DNA of 64,000 bases from positions 25,305,000 to 25,368,999 of the forward strand of contig NC_068999.1 of NCBI RefSeq assembly GCF_001194135.2, read 5' to 3'. The stretch's first letter is position 1. Each line of letters begins with the position of its first letter. The notes beneath the pieces are model-generated. The model did not search any database. It was not told the origin of the DNA and saw only the letters and a program-made list of their open reading frames with translations. A program made the translations under genes and the position numbers. The stretch is from Octopus bimaculoides. Lineage: Eukaryota. Shown here piece by piece: positions 26,421-40,487 of the stretch.

Positions 26421-27088
26421 ACAGGATTTGACCAAAAAGAACTGAACTTTAAAATCAATGCACCAGCCAGCCAGTGCAGCATGGTTGAAACTCCAGAGCT
26501 ATATGTAGGCAGCCTTGTTCTACAGTCTAATAATAATTACATCACATCACATTCATTCGTCATCAAGCTATACGTGACAGAGTGAATACATGCCTCATTA
26601 TGTGGTGATTTATTGCATATTGAACAATAATTGATTTGGGTGGTCAGCATTGTGTAGAATTCTGTTTCAAATTGAGAGATGACATTGCAAGAGGCCTATG
26701 AGGATGATTATTTGGGAAGTATACAAAGCTAAGATTGGTGCCAGCATTTCAGATTGGGAAGCACAGCCATTGAAGGCTTGTCTCATATTGTAAAAGTGGT
26801 TGTTGTGAGTTGTGAAGAATCATAGATTTGACTGTCAGTGAACTTTTTAAAGAACTAAACAACTACAATCACTCCCTATTTCAATAAAATACCTATTTAT
26901 TTTGCTTTCATCCTTTGGAATGACACAAACCTTGCTAATATTAATTTTCTATTCACTGTGTCTATGAATATATATATTTTTTTCTTTAGCTCAATTCAAT
27001 GAGAAAGGTTCTTAGCAATGGCCTGTATGCTACAAGGAGCAACCAAATTTCTTTTGAATCACTCAGTCTTAACAAATTATGTAGTCTT

Positions 27089-27127
<39 letters not shown>

Positions 27128-28309
27128 CTGAAAAAAGATCAAGGTGGTCACTGCAAGAGCATTTATAGGCATCGTGCTCCCATCTTGGTCATGACGGCTA
27201 AAATAAACTAAAGTATGCCCACTAATGTCAACTTTACTATGAAGAACTAAAGATCTTCATAATATTGATCTGAAGCTAAATAATAAATTATATATTCCTA
27301 GAAATAGTATGTCACTAATATACTATATTTCTTAATGACTATATAAACTTTTTTCTCTATTATAAAATGCAATTTTAACAAGCATGAATTATCATCAAAC
27401 AGGAATTATTGCCAAACAAACAACTGTTAATATATATCGCAGCAATATAAAATTTGTGTAAATTAGATCATTTATTGATAGTCTAAAAGTTAAATAATTT
27501 TTACAAGGAAATGATAACATAACTTAGTTGGTAGAATAGTCGTTCAAGAAAGCAGCATCTTTATAATAAGTCTTCGATACACAATGAATAGGGATTGCTT
27601 ATATTTTTATATGAACACAGTTTGCTTAGAGTGATGTCTGGGCGAAATGCGAGCTGTTGTTCCTTCTTGTAAACAAGACCATTAAAACAGACTCTCATAT
27701 GTCAAAGAATGCATTAGTGTCTAATTTCCATATGTGGCAAGCTGACTTAGTGACTAACAGAAAATCTGGAAGATGAAGCTGTTGAAACTCTTCGTTCTCA
27801 CACCTACACAAAAACTGATAAAAATCTTCTAAGTAGGTTGATTTGAGGCTACAAGTCCTAACCTCCCTCATTGCAAGTTAACAACAGAACTGGCTAGTAT
27901 TTGTTTCAAGAGGTGAATATTGCCACCCAAATCTCATCTGGTTATTACAGGAATTTTTGTTAAAAGCATTAAAATTAATAAGTGCCTTAATTAGAGTAGA
28001 TAGAAAGAAATACCAGCCTCCGGGCAACCATCCAGAGAATGGTGTTTGTGCTAACTGGTGACAACTTGTGTCTGAGACAAAGTCTTAAAAGATACTGAGT
28101 CAGTCTAAATTTGTGAGCTATGCTATTTGTTACAATGATCAAGTTGTTCTTCATCTATAGATGCTTTAAGATAGAATTATAGATTGTTCTATCTAAACCC
28201 AGGAAATGTATAATAATGGTTGTACAAAGTTACTATGAGAGATAGAAATACCATTTTGATTCTTGCATGTTCTTCATTTTATGGTGGAAGTATGAGACAA
28301 AAATCAGTA

Positions 28310-28773
28310 CAGTAATCCCTCAACTATCATGAGTGTTACGTTCCCAAACCTCCCATGATAGGTGAAAATCCACGAAGTAGAAACGGTATTGTATTGTATA
28401 TTTTTAAAAAATTTTATAATTTGTTTATATTTATTTCATTATAAATGCAAAACAACACCACACACTTGCCTCCCAAGTTTCATTTACCATAGAGTATGTA
28501 CTATTTTTTTTTTACTCATCTACGGTACACTATGTATTTTCTTTTAATATATTTTAGTTAATGTGTTATACAGTGCAGTACTGTACTTTTTATTTATTAA
28601 TTTTAAGGCATGAAAATGCTTATTTTATCACAGAAAGAATTAAAATCTAAAAAAATATAAATACCTATTGGCCGCAGAAACCTGCAATATACTGAGGAGG
28701 CCATGAGGTAAATTTACATCTGTGATGTACTGATGGCACGATATGTGAATCATGGTATGGCGAGTGATTACTG
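28310..28773. mobile_element. Tigger-like MITE
   Basis: TA|cagtaatccctc...gagtgattactg|TA; no ORF. Confidence 0.8.
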
Positions 28774-29565
28774 TACTTCAACATTTGAAAATTAGGCAAA
28801 ATCAAGTGATTCAGTAAACTTTGTGATAAAAGGTTCAAACAAGGTTGTCTTGACAAAAGAATGATTAAGACAGGAAGTAGATGGGATGATCAAAATGAAA
28901 GGACAATTTTGAGAATGAGGTAAGGAATGTACGAACGGAGGACTAAGAGTTGGTTGGTGTGATGTGCATGTACAAGCACACACATACATACAAACATACA
29001 CACACACATACACACACACACATTGTATTTACATCCATTATAAAAGGAATTAAGGCAGCAAAGTGGCTGAATCGTTAGAGCATCAGGAAAAAAATTGCCA
29101 TTTAGCACTTGTTCTGGTACTCTAAGTTCAAAATTCTGCTGAAGTCAACTTTGCTTTTCATCGTTCCAGGGATGGTAAGATAAAGTAACAGTCAAGTACT
29201 GGATCGATGAAATTGCCTCTCCCCATCCCCTTAAAATAACTGGCCTTGTTTGTGCCTCTATCAAATACCATAATTATTAGAAACATTAGAGAAATATCAA
29301 GAGGTCATTGCTTAACACCTTTTCTTTTTTATCTTTTCTTCCTTTTACTCTGGATTGTGACCATGCTGGGGCACCACCCTTTAAGATTTTAGTTAAACAA
29401 ATCAACCGTTTTTTGTTTTAAAGCCTTGTACTTATTCTTTTGGTCAACTAAATTAATTTCTCATTGCCAACAACTGACAAGTCAACTTAACCATGGTAGC
29501 ATGTATTACATCATATCATACATTTTATGCAACTACTGATTTTGAAAAATTTAGCATGTCATGTA

Positions 29566-30123
29566 TGAGGTCTGATTAAAAAGTGTCAGGACTGTTGTTA
29601 TGGTAACAGAGTTAAAGTACAAAGAGTGAAGCCATTAGACACAGATTGACTTTGAACTCAGTTGTATAACCAAGTTATAACATTCTTACTGACTTCTGTT
29701 ATTTATAGCAGTACTTGTAAGTAAAGCGTGTAGAGTGTGGTCATCTCAAAGAGAAAATTGGGCGTCAACCATGGAAGATCTTCTTGATTGTGTCAAGGGA
29801 GATGAAAACTTTTTGAGAACAGTCAGGACAGCTGATGAATCATGGGCCTATGGCTATGACCCTGAAACCAAGGCAAAAGTAAAAGCCAGCTTGAAAAGAA
29901 CAAGATTTCAACATGCTGAGGAAATTCAAGAGGATGCGACAAGGCAACTGCTTCCTATCCTAAAAAAATGGAGTTCCAGGAATGCTTCTGTCAGTGGAAA
30001 CAATGCTGAATAGAGTGTGTAACTTCGGAAGGGGACTGCTTCAAATGAAATTAAATGTTGAATCGATATATGTTGTAGTTTTCTTTTTATACCACCAGTC
30101 ATGATATTTTTTCATCAGACCTA
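29566..30123 (+). mobile_element. Internally deleted mariner element
   Basis: TIRs 'tgaggtctgattaaaaagtgtcaggactg' and 'cagtcatgatattttttcatcagacct'; the ORF joins FLRTVRTADESWAYGYDPETK (first catalytic D region) directly to C-terminal LKRTRFQHAEEIQ. Confidence 0.85.
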
Positions 30124-30413
30124 TGACAACTTACAAGGAAAACATGAGCTGTGTATATGACATTTTATGACATTAGAGATCCCCCCCACCCCATTTCATC
30201 CCCCAACCTTTTAAAAACGTTATGCATTAAAAGAAAGTTATGCATTATGACAGAGTCACTAAATGAAACTGAACTTTCAAAAAATTAAGGTTAGCATTAA
30301 CATACTTAATAAAATTTTAATTTAAAATTATTCCCACATCTAGTAGAAAGAATCAGATATTCAATTCTTGTCAAGGAAGGCAGGGGAGACAACCGTGAAA
30401 TTTGATTATAGAA

Positions 30414-30717
30414 ATCATTCATCATCATCATCCTCGTCGTTTAACGTCCGCTTTCCATGCTGGCATGGGTTGGACGATTTGTCTGAGGACTGGTGAACCA
30501 GATGGCTACACCAGGCTCCAATCTAATCTGGCAGAGTTTCTACAGATGGATGCCCTTCATAACGCCAACGACTGCGAGAGTGTAGTGGGTGCTTTTACGT
30601 GCCACCGGCACGAGGGCCAATCAGGCGGTACAGGCAACGGCCACGATCAAATGGCGTTTTTACGTGCCACCTGTACAGGAGCCAGCCCAGCGGCACTGGC
30701 AACGATCACGCTCGAAT
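30414..30717 (-). mobile_element. SINE-like element with (GAT)n tail, same family as 56049-56292
   Basis: The reverse complement matches 56100-56292 ('aaaagcacccactacactct...gcatggaaagcggacgttaaacga(tga)n'). Confidence 0.85.
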
Positions 30718-33444
30718 TCATATATAATTTTTTAAAATTGGGGGGTGGGTGAGGGGTATATATGTTACAAACTTCAATATAAAAAGTTATGAAAACTTTT
30801 TTTGCAGCCTTGTTCCATGAGAAGAAATACGAAAACAGTGTTGCATACTAACGAATCGTATGGTCATGAATTTGGCTATTGTTGAACTGGAGTGGAATTT
30901 TTTCAAAGTACACATGTTTTTAAATGACACTAATGGCACTTGTATTGTAATATGAAAGATATATTCAATTTTGAGTTGATTTCTGCTAGTAGGAGAGATG
31001 AAAGAAATAAAAGTACAGTCAATCATTTTCATATTCCTCCGTCATTCTAATTACTTGCTCGTCATTTATAAAACGAGGAGTTACAATGAGTGAATAAATA
31101 GATCAAATGTTTGAAATTTGTCAGAAACGTCATGAATTCGAATTTCTTCCGTTGCTCTCTCATACATCTAATAGAGATCTTCATTGGAATAGAAAGCAGG
31201 TAATACGGCGGAGGTATTTATGGTTATTCTTGGATCACTCTAAGTCGGCTCTGATCGATCAGATCTATGATCAAAGCTATTTCAGCTAACCACCCGACTT
31301 TTTTATTTGAACAGAGCACTCCAGACTACATTATTTAATGTATTCGTTTCAGGCAGATGAGATGATGTAATCTGGGGGAAATTTGGCTCTGCTTTTAGCA
31401 GAACAAGCGATAGCACAAATATTCCATCAGTATGATTGTCGGTGCCGAGATTAAGGTTTTGATAGGAGAACAGAATAGAATAAACCAGAAATGAGAAACC
31501 ATTATTCACATTTGTTGCTGAATCAGAATTATTCCGCGTTGCTGTGTAATTCAGTGATAGCATCTACTGCAAGAGCATTTTTTCTTATCTGAAGGTAATT
31601 GCTAAGGTCACTTACATAAATTATCTATGCGCTGTTATATATAAACAATATCTTGATTCATTTCCAAACAAGTTTATAGAGTACATTTTACTGTTAAGAT
31701 TCGTTATGTGAATCTCATAATGAGATATTCGTAAGTGTTGATGTAATGCTTATTTATTTATTTATCTTACTTTTCAATAACAGAAAATGAAAAGCTGGCC
31801 AGTTGGTAAAAATGCCAGAGTTCTAGATTAAAAACAATACAGTATTTAACCTTATCCTACCTTTCTGAGATTGATAAAATAAGCCGTAATAAATACATTT
31901 GTGTTGATTAAATTAACGATGCCCCCTACTTCGAGAAATTTTACCTTCTTTCCAATGAAAAGAAATCTTATAATGAATTACTTTCTCAGGTAGAAACTGT
32001 TTGCATAGCTAATTTAAACAAGAGAAATACGCTTAAGAAGCTCGAGTTAAATCCTTCCCTATTTCCAAACAGGAGTATATCTTTCCGATTACTAAGCTGG
32101 TGATTACAATCTGGTTATTTTTTTCCCGCTCTAATTCCTTAGTTCAAATTGAACACTTCTGTTAGACTTGTTATAATCGTGGTAAGGCTACTGGAAATAG
32201 TTAAACATGATTCCTATAACAGAAAGTCCACACAAGTTCACTTTACGATCATCCTTTGTAATGAAATTTAAACCACTCTCAATTTGATTAGAATTATAAG
32301 TGTCAAGGAACTTCTCAATTATTAGTCGATTCAGCGCAACTTGAATCGAGCCACCAAGATTATATTTGGACCAAGAAGGAGAGAGAGAGGGGGGAGGAAA
32401 GGAATGAGGGGGAGGAAAGGAATGAGGGGGAGGAAAGAGAAAAGGAAATTAAAAAGAAGACCATAAAAAGGAAGAATGCCGAAAAGAAAAACAGGAGGCG
32501 TAGATGTACGAGTGCAGTACGATTAAATGGATGAGAGATGGATAGAATATCAAGACAAAGAGATAAGTGGATGAGAGAGAAAGAAGGAAAAACATATAAA
32601 CATAATGATTAAAGTAAGCAAAAAAAAAAAAAGGAGAAAGTGACGTCCTTTGTTTAAGACATTAAAACAGTAGATAAGGAGCTAGTTCCTGTAAGTAGAA
32701 CTTGACCCTGGTTCATAGGGGTTTATAAACACCAGAAACAACCACTTTCATTACAGCTAATTGTTAGCAGTAAAGTAGGGGAATGTACTACACAATAAAC
32801 AGGGAAAAGCTGTCTGGCACTGTAACAACTGTTGTAATTCAATGTTATATTGTTCAAAGCCATGTGTGTATAAACCATTGAATGCAGGCCTTGGGAACAG
32901 GTATATAGGTCGAAGGCTTGGTTATTCTACCACGTGTGTATACCTTTCCAGTACATTTTTTTATGCGTGCAAGGCAGGAAATAATTTTCCCATATTTTAT
33001 GAATAAATTTTATATAAATATTCGCAGTTTTCTGGCTAAGCATATATCATACTGTTTCATCTGATATTGAAATGCATCAAAATATTGCTGTGTCTCGTAT
33101 TACAATCACACTGATATTTTGAATACATATGGTCGATGGATACAATTGCTTGGATGCATGAGAGAGAGAAGAGAGAGAGCGCGTTTGTGTGACATTCATG
33201 GTTTTCTCGAGAACATCAACAAGTTAAATTAAACTAACAGCTTCAACCGGAAACTGAAAACTGATCATAAACTCAGCTCACCAGTGAATTTGGGTTTACA
33301 ATCTCTTACATTCTGAAAGGAGGGCAATAGTCCCTATTCTGTATCTCAAATAACTCCACAACTTATTTATAATTATGTTAAACAAACACTATGCAGGAAT
33401 TTTAAGATAAACAAAACAACTAAAGTTGATGTGAAAAATTACGC

Positions 33445-33484
<40 letters not shown>

Positions 33485-35129
33485 AGAGTAGTAGTAGTTC
33501 TAATTTTTGTCGTTATGATGAGGGACAAGAAAAAGAACAAGAAAGATTAATCAATTCTAATATCATCATCTTTATTTACTATAATCACACGATACATCAT
33601 ACTAGACAATAGACTTTCACCTTAATAGATTTTCCATACGCAAATATTTTGCTGCATCGACGTTACTTATATCTTTTGCATGTAACGAGTAAAAAACTAC
33701 TGCTGAAGCATCTAATTCCATGTAATTTTTACAAATGATTCGAGAACTATCTAACCAGATACGCATTACACTTGTCAATTAGCCTTCTATAGACAGTTGC
33801 CGATGGATGTCACTAGAGTGAACCGTTTGAAAATTCAACCTTTATATCATGTCACTAACATCTTATTATGGCCTTACATTCAAACTTCCACTCTGTCTAG
33901 TGATGAAACGAGGAGATGCCGACCTTAACTGTTAGTTGAGTAATTGTAGAAATAACAAGGGTTATAGAAGCTTGGAGTGATAGGCCTATCTTTTCAGTGG
34001 CCGAGGTGACAAGGACTGAAGTTACTTGTTAGGCAATCTATAGTGATGTCATATAATACAATAAGATTGTGAGACCTTGCTCATTTTCAGGCTTCGTAGC
34101 AATTTAATCAACATGAAGTGCAGCAGTTCAAAACGAACCTTAATTTTTGACCAGATAAAGTTAACTATATAATCTGTGCCTTCGTTAAATAAGTTAAGGA
34201 ACAAGGCTAAGTTTCAGTGTTGATGTTTGTTAGGTTTTAGAGTTTGTATCTGGCATTGTGCTTTGAAAGCTACTTAGAAGCAAAATTTATTTGGTGACAG
34301 AGAAACAAGAGCAAAAAAGAAATTTAGGAAATAGATTTCCTTTCGTTTCGCCAATGAATATTCCAACTGAACCACCTGAAATGCCTGTTCATTTAATTAG
34401 TGTAACTGGTTGAGTTTTCCACAAACACATCCTAAATTTTAGTTCTCAAATAAGATCAGCGTGGTTCATTGTGATAAGACTGCGCTTTTGAATTACAAAT
34501 ATAATGCATTTGACAGGTTCCCGTATAGTTTCCGTCAGCTTAATTTCATTCAAAGGTTTGAATCAAAGACACTTGATCAAGATGTCAAGCAGTGAGATCG
34601 AACCTGAAACCTATGATTGCAAAGTGAACTTCTAAGCCATTCAGCCATGCTATGCATATAATGATTTAGCAGGAAATTCTCATTGGTTAGAAAGGACAGA
34701 GATACTAGATGTAATTCTTCTCTGACATGAGATTGCATCGTTAAGCCCAAATCAGCACTGATTGAGAAAATGTATAATAAATAGCACTCCAACCGCGACT
34801 GTCGTGTCTTTATCTTGACCTATGGCCACATTTTTCAATGTGTTCGCATTTTACGGAGGTACGGTTTTTACATGAGGGAGATTTGATTGCTTGTAGTAGC
34901 TCTCTGCCTAGATTTAAACCACTTTGCTCAGATCCCCAGTTTAGAATAACAACCGAATTTTATTACCATAAAAGCATGACAAGCTCCTTGAGCCGAATTA
35001 TATGTCCATAGATGGCATGAACATGTAGTGAAACTAACACCTCGATCGCCATTATACACAAAGAAGCCATGTTCTCTTGCCGTTATAAATGTATTCAAGA
35101 TCGGCCGTAGTAGAAAACACATTTGCCTG

Positions 35130-35230
35130 GCATCACGTGACTGATTATTATTTGAAGCGGCAAATTCTTCGAACCTTTCCCGCCAGAACGCAAACTGACC
35201 AATCACGGCCCCTAATAAGGTCACGTGATA
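35130..35230. promoter_or_regulatory. Putative promoter motif cluster
   Basis: TCACGTGAC 35133-35141, TTTCCCGC 35176-35183, CCAAT 35199-35203 and GTCACGTGA 35220-35228 in CpG-rich DNA. Confidence 0.5.
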
Positions 35231-36976
35231 TAGTATTTTTCTGAAACCTTCGGGAGCCGATAATTTGCTACAAATAGACCAAATCATACCCAGCAAATTT
35301 GTCTCGGTTCAGTTTCTCTTAGAGACTGTTCCGTGTACCACACGACAGCAGCAGCAGCAATTCCAGCGACAACATCAACAGCTTCGCCATGAGCAACACG
35401 AGTCTACGACTACTAACCAGCATCATCATCGCCATGACCAACACGATTCTACGACTACTACCAAGCATTCGTCTTCGCCACCAGCATCTCCAACCATAGT
35501 CAACACGACTTCCTATGTACACCAATCCAAACCACCGCGGCACATCTCTCTCTCTCTCTTCGATTCTGTTAGGTGTTTCATTTTCACCACGATTAATAAT
35601 AGACAAGAGAATTCAGCCAGCGACGAACGTCTGTCGTCAAGAGCCCGGCTCGGCATGGAAGCTAACATCACAACTAGTGATCGCCCTGCCACACACAGCC
35701 TCAACTTCTTTCACATACAGACTCTTCCTATTGTGTACTCAACGAACTGGTATAAATGCTCACGTGTTACTGACTATTTTTATCTGCTGTATATAACGCA
35801 TACACATACATGTATCACTCACACACACTCTTTTCTTTGTACGACGGCCGGTCTTTTATTATGTTTTTATATGTCGCATTCACACTCACACACAGACATA
35901 CATCTTTAACGCCACAATAAATAATTCTGTTATTCATCTTATACGGTTGTGTTCAATATCGTCTCTTCATTACTGGTATTTACGAATTCACTAATGTTAT
36001 CGTAGTATAACATTATTTGTATATCATCTTTGATATATAATTTTGTGTTCGACCGTGTGACGCGTTTAAAATAAAAGGAGTCTTCCTGTTTTTCCATTCG
36101 TCACCATTTCTCCTTTTTGAGTTCGCACGGTCGTCCTTACAAACACCTACATAAATGTTTATCTGTATCGGCTAACACGTAACAATTAGTGGCGGTGACA
36201 TTAAGATAAAGTTATGTAAATTCTTGCTTAATTGTATTTCCGAAGGTTCTAGAAGTTTAGTTCAGGGTTGTAAGATGTTGGCGTTTTGAACCTTCAAGTA
36301 GAGTCATTATAGACGCTATTTGGAACTCTGTCGCTTTATTCCACGAAGTATACTCTCACTTTTTACTACTTGTTTTTGTACAAGATACTTTGTATACCGT
36401 GCTCAACAAAGAGTAATGACCTTTGTGCTGTAATACCAACATGCATATTTAGATACATGAAAATATTTTGTCTTTTAATTACCTGCCTTATTCTGTTTAT
36501 ACTTTTCAATATAATTAATTCACTTGGAGCGACGAGCTGACAGTCTTGTTAGCACAGCAGGCAAAATGCTTAGTGGCATTTCCTCCATCTGAGGATGAAA
36601 GGCCCAATCGACTTACGGGTTGACTGTGCCTTTTATCCTTTCGGGACCGGTAAAATAAGTAAGACTTGACCCCTTCCCCGAAATTGCTGGCTTTGTGCCA
36701 AAGTTTGAAACCAATACAATTAATCCACTTGTACGTATGTACAACGTAACTGTTCGAAATAATAAATATGTGGAAATGCATATAATTTATTGTTGGATCG
36801 TAAATATCGAAGAATGCAACTTCTTACCTCTACCTCTTACTTCTTATCCTCTACCTAATTACCACCACCAACCCATCATGCTATTTCTCGCATGTTTATT
36901 GAAGGAACAAAGGTTTCAGGGCCGTTCTGTAAAAGGGTCATTACTGAAGATCTCCCTATCAAGTCGTGCGAATGTA

Positions 36977-38207
36977 TTGGGTTGGCAACTAAGTTCACGC
37001 CGTTTTTTTAAATTTTGGAATTTATTGCGTTTTTAAATTTTGGAATCTATTTTTTTAGAGAATTCTATTTTTGAATCATTTTGGAATCTATTGTTTTTTT
37101 GTTTTTTTTTTTCTTGTTAATTTTAGTTAATTTTTGTTTATTTTCAGATCATTAAAATGGAATGTCAAGTTTAGAAAAACGAGCATTTTTGACACCTCCT
37201 TCGTTTTTGCTTTTAATCAAGATTCGAAGGCCGCAAAAGCTGCTCGCGAAATTTGTGCTGTGTATGGAGAGGGTGCCATAGCTGAAAGAACCACTCGTGA
37301 TTGGTATGCCAAGTTCAAAAATGGAAATTTTGGCCCCAAAGACGCACCTCGTTCTGGCCGCCAGTTCCCTTGTCAAACGACAAGGGAACTGGCAGAGAAA
37401 ATGGAATGCTCCCACACTACTATAGAGAAGCATCTTCATTCGATGGGAAAGGTTCAAAAGTATGGAGCATGGGTTCCTCATGCATTAAGTGACAACAAAA
37501 ATCAACGAGCCACAATCTCCGCTGGTTTGCTTGCTCGTCACTGCTCAACTCATGGACACAAACAACGATTTCTTTACCGCATCGTTTCTGGCGACGAAAA
37601 ATGGTGCCTGTACATCAATATGAAGCAGCGTAAGGAATGGCTTAGCCCCGGTAAACAAACGACACTGCATGAAAGAAGATCTTCATCCGCGTAAAACGAT
37701 GTTATGCGTTTGGTGAGACTGGGAAGGGATTATCCATTACAAATTGCTCGAACGGAACCAAATGGTCAACGCGAAACTATGTTCAACAGATGGAACGACT
37801 CAACATGGCTATTCAAGAGAAAAGACCTAATCGGCAGCATGAAGTTCTTCTGCTGCACGACAACGCCAGCCCTCATATCGCCAGTATGACCAAGGAAGCC
37901 ATTCAAACACATGGCTGGGAAGTGCTGCCACACCCGCCGTACTCTCCTGGTTTGGCACCAAAAGATTTCCACCTCTTTCGATCTCTTTCAAATGCTATGT
38001 GCGGAGTTTCGCTCAAAACTGATGCAGAATTGAGAGCTTGGTTGGATCAATTTTTCGAGTCGAAATCGGGTGATTTCTACCAACGAGGTATTGAAAATCT
38101 TGGGAAGAAGTTGTAAACAACAAGGGTGAATAATTATTGATTAATTATGTTATTTTTTTATTAAACCTTTAAAAAATTTTTAATTTAAAAAACGGCGGTA
38201 ACTTAGT
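36977..38207 (+). mobile_element. Mariner (DD34D-type) element with frameshifted transposase
   Basis: WVPHAL, IVSGDEKW, LLHDNASPH and HPPYSPGLAPKDFHLF motifs in ORFs 37134-37694 and 37790-38116; left TA|ttgggttggcaactaagttcacgccgtttttt; the right TIR keeps only its inner 21 bp. Confidence 0.95.
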
Positions 38208-38261
38208 AATGATGGCTGAACTGGTCCAACTAAACTTATATAAGGGATTGATCACTATAAA

Positions 38262-38511
38262 CAGTGGTTCTCAACCATTTTTTTTTCTATGGACCCCCCC
38301 TTTCATTCTTATTTTACTCTGGTAGACCCTGCAGCCATTTCAAATACTCCTATTATATTTTTACAATTAAATATTATTAGGAATTGCATAAAAAAGAAAT
38401 GTAAAATATTTTGTGCATTGTAAAAGAATAACCAATTTACTGCACACAAATTTAAACAAAATGTTATATGGACCCTCAAAGGCCATATAAAACCCCAGTT
38501 GAGAACCACTA
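38262..38511. mobile_element. hAT-like MITE
   Basis: TIRs cagtggttctcaac and gttgagaaccact; related to 58253-58581; flanks actataaa/actatgaa resemble an 8-bp TSD. Confidence 0.75.
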
Positions 38512-40274
38512 CTATGAACTGATAAATCAGTCAGCTTTTTCAAACCTCAGTGTTCTTCTTTTGTTCAAGATCAATCCTGGGTAGATCTATTATTAAAGGC
38601 ATTCTGTCTGTGGTCACTCCTTTTCATTTCAGACGAGTCTACATTTTTCCAATGTTTCTTTGCATTTTTAAACTATAGAGTAAGATTTGACAGACATTTG
38701 GCTACTATTTCTAGCAAGAGGAGAGACCACGTAGAAGTTCCCTCGTTGGCTCATTTACTGAGTCTTTGAAAGTTCTGAAGGACAGTTTGCCAACTAAACA
38801 ATTATTTTCTCTTTTAATATCAGTTGAAAGGAGCACATCTAAATGAGAGAAATGGTACACTGTCAGAAATATAATTACAGATTCACTTAGGAAGTTTGTT
38901 TAATTAAAAGAAATTTTTTTTCAGCTAGTTCTACTCCACCATACACTTATAAATGACGACGCCATTTGCCAAAATAGATGTTTAACCTGCAGTCGTAGTC
39001 GAGTGCAAAAATGAGAATAAGTATTAAAAGATATACAGACTATGCATACTAAAGTATATATTTTAAAAACTCCAAGACAAATAATTCGCTAACATCAAGC
39101 ATTGATTGTGATACATCTGCCAAAATATTCATTTTGAGGAGAGCATTTGGAATAAATCAACACATATTACCTAAAATTGTCTTAAACTGAAATACTACTG
39201 ACTATGCAACTTTGTTCCACAGCGAACTACTAATGATACATATATATGCATCACGTTTTTTTTTACTTCTCTCTCTCTCTCTCACTCACTCACACACATA
39301 CATACAAGGATTACTTAAATTGACCCAACCCTTTTTATCTCTTCAATTAATTCCTAGAAGATACAAAGTACCCACAGAAAACACGTACTCCTAAATCCCT
39401 TCCCACAGTTCTTCCCACCACAGCACACACCTACACAATATTTGCTTTATGATAACTTCCGTTACAATTTCCCTTCATTTATTAGTCAAGGTTAAAATTT
39501 CCTCTCTGAATAAAATCTAGTAACTTTTCAAAACTTCTACCTATTATTTGCAGCTCTACTTCTAACACCACTAGCAAGTTGTTAGTTGGATACTTGCTTT
39601 GTTGGTCGCTTGGCTAGCTTCTCTAATCAGCACTATGCTTCTCATCTAACATAGAAATTAGATACTGCATAATATTACAATTGAGTAAATAACGTCAAGA
39701 TAGATGCCAGAGACATAAGTATACTAAAACCATTTGTTGAAATGAATAGTTATTAAACTCAACCCATTTTAAGTTGCCTGAGTTGATAACCATGATTTCT
39801 GAGTCAAAACAAAAAAAAAAACCCACTAAACAAAACCACCCAACAACAACAACAATCATAAAACTATCCTCTGCATAACAGGGTGTGTGATGGAAAGTGT
39901 AGGTTCCATAATATAGTTGGTGCTGTTCTTAATGTCAAACTTAAAGGTTGCTCAATGATAGCGAAAGGAACTCCCAGAAAATGGTTCATAACACAAAATA
40001 ACAAGAACATATCCAAGATATAATTAGGTAAAAGAGATAGAAAGAAAGAGAATATGCTTAGAGTATAAATAATGATTTTTTTCCTTCATAACAGAGATGC
40101 AGACATACAAACAGCCTCTCGCATAAATATACACATGTTTATAATACAATGTACATAGAAAAACTTGTTGAATTGTCTACATTAGAACTTCTCAAACATT
40201 TTATTTTTATTTTTTTAACTATCACTCCTTTTCTCTTAGGAACACTTTTTCAGCGCCCTCTTGCTACGATTCAA

Positions 40275-40487
40275 ATATTGATTTCAAATTTCGGTACAAG
40301 GTCTACAACTTTGTGGAAGAGGTCCGTTGATTACATCAACTCCAGTGTTCAACTGGTACTTATTTATCGACCCAGAAAGGATGAAAGACAAAGCCGACCA
40401 CGGTGGAATTTGAACTCAGAACGCAAAGACGGACGAAATGCCGCTAAGCCCGGCGTGCAAACGGTTCCGCCAGCTCGCCGCCTTTAC
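40275..40487 (-). mobile_element. tRNA-type SINE with 12-bp TSD
   Basis: Same family as 22255-22470; direct repeat gctacgattcaa at 40263-40274 and 40488-40499. Confidence 0.85.

Noticed and set aside
34928-35296. 122-aa minus-strand ORF across the promoter-like cluster
   Set aside because: No recognisable motif or splice support; expected by chance in locally GC-richer DNA
36040-36150. Minus-strand acceptor followed by QKGEMVTNGKTGR, tested as a missing collagen exon
   Set aside because: Gly periodicity is not sustained, there is an in-frame stop, and no suitable donor
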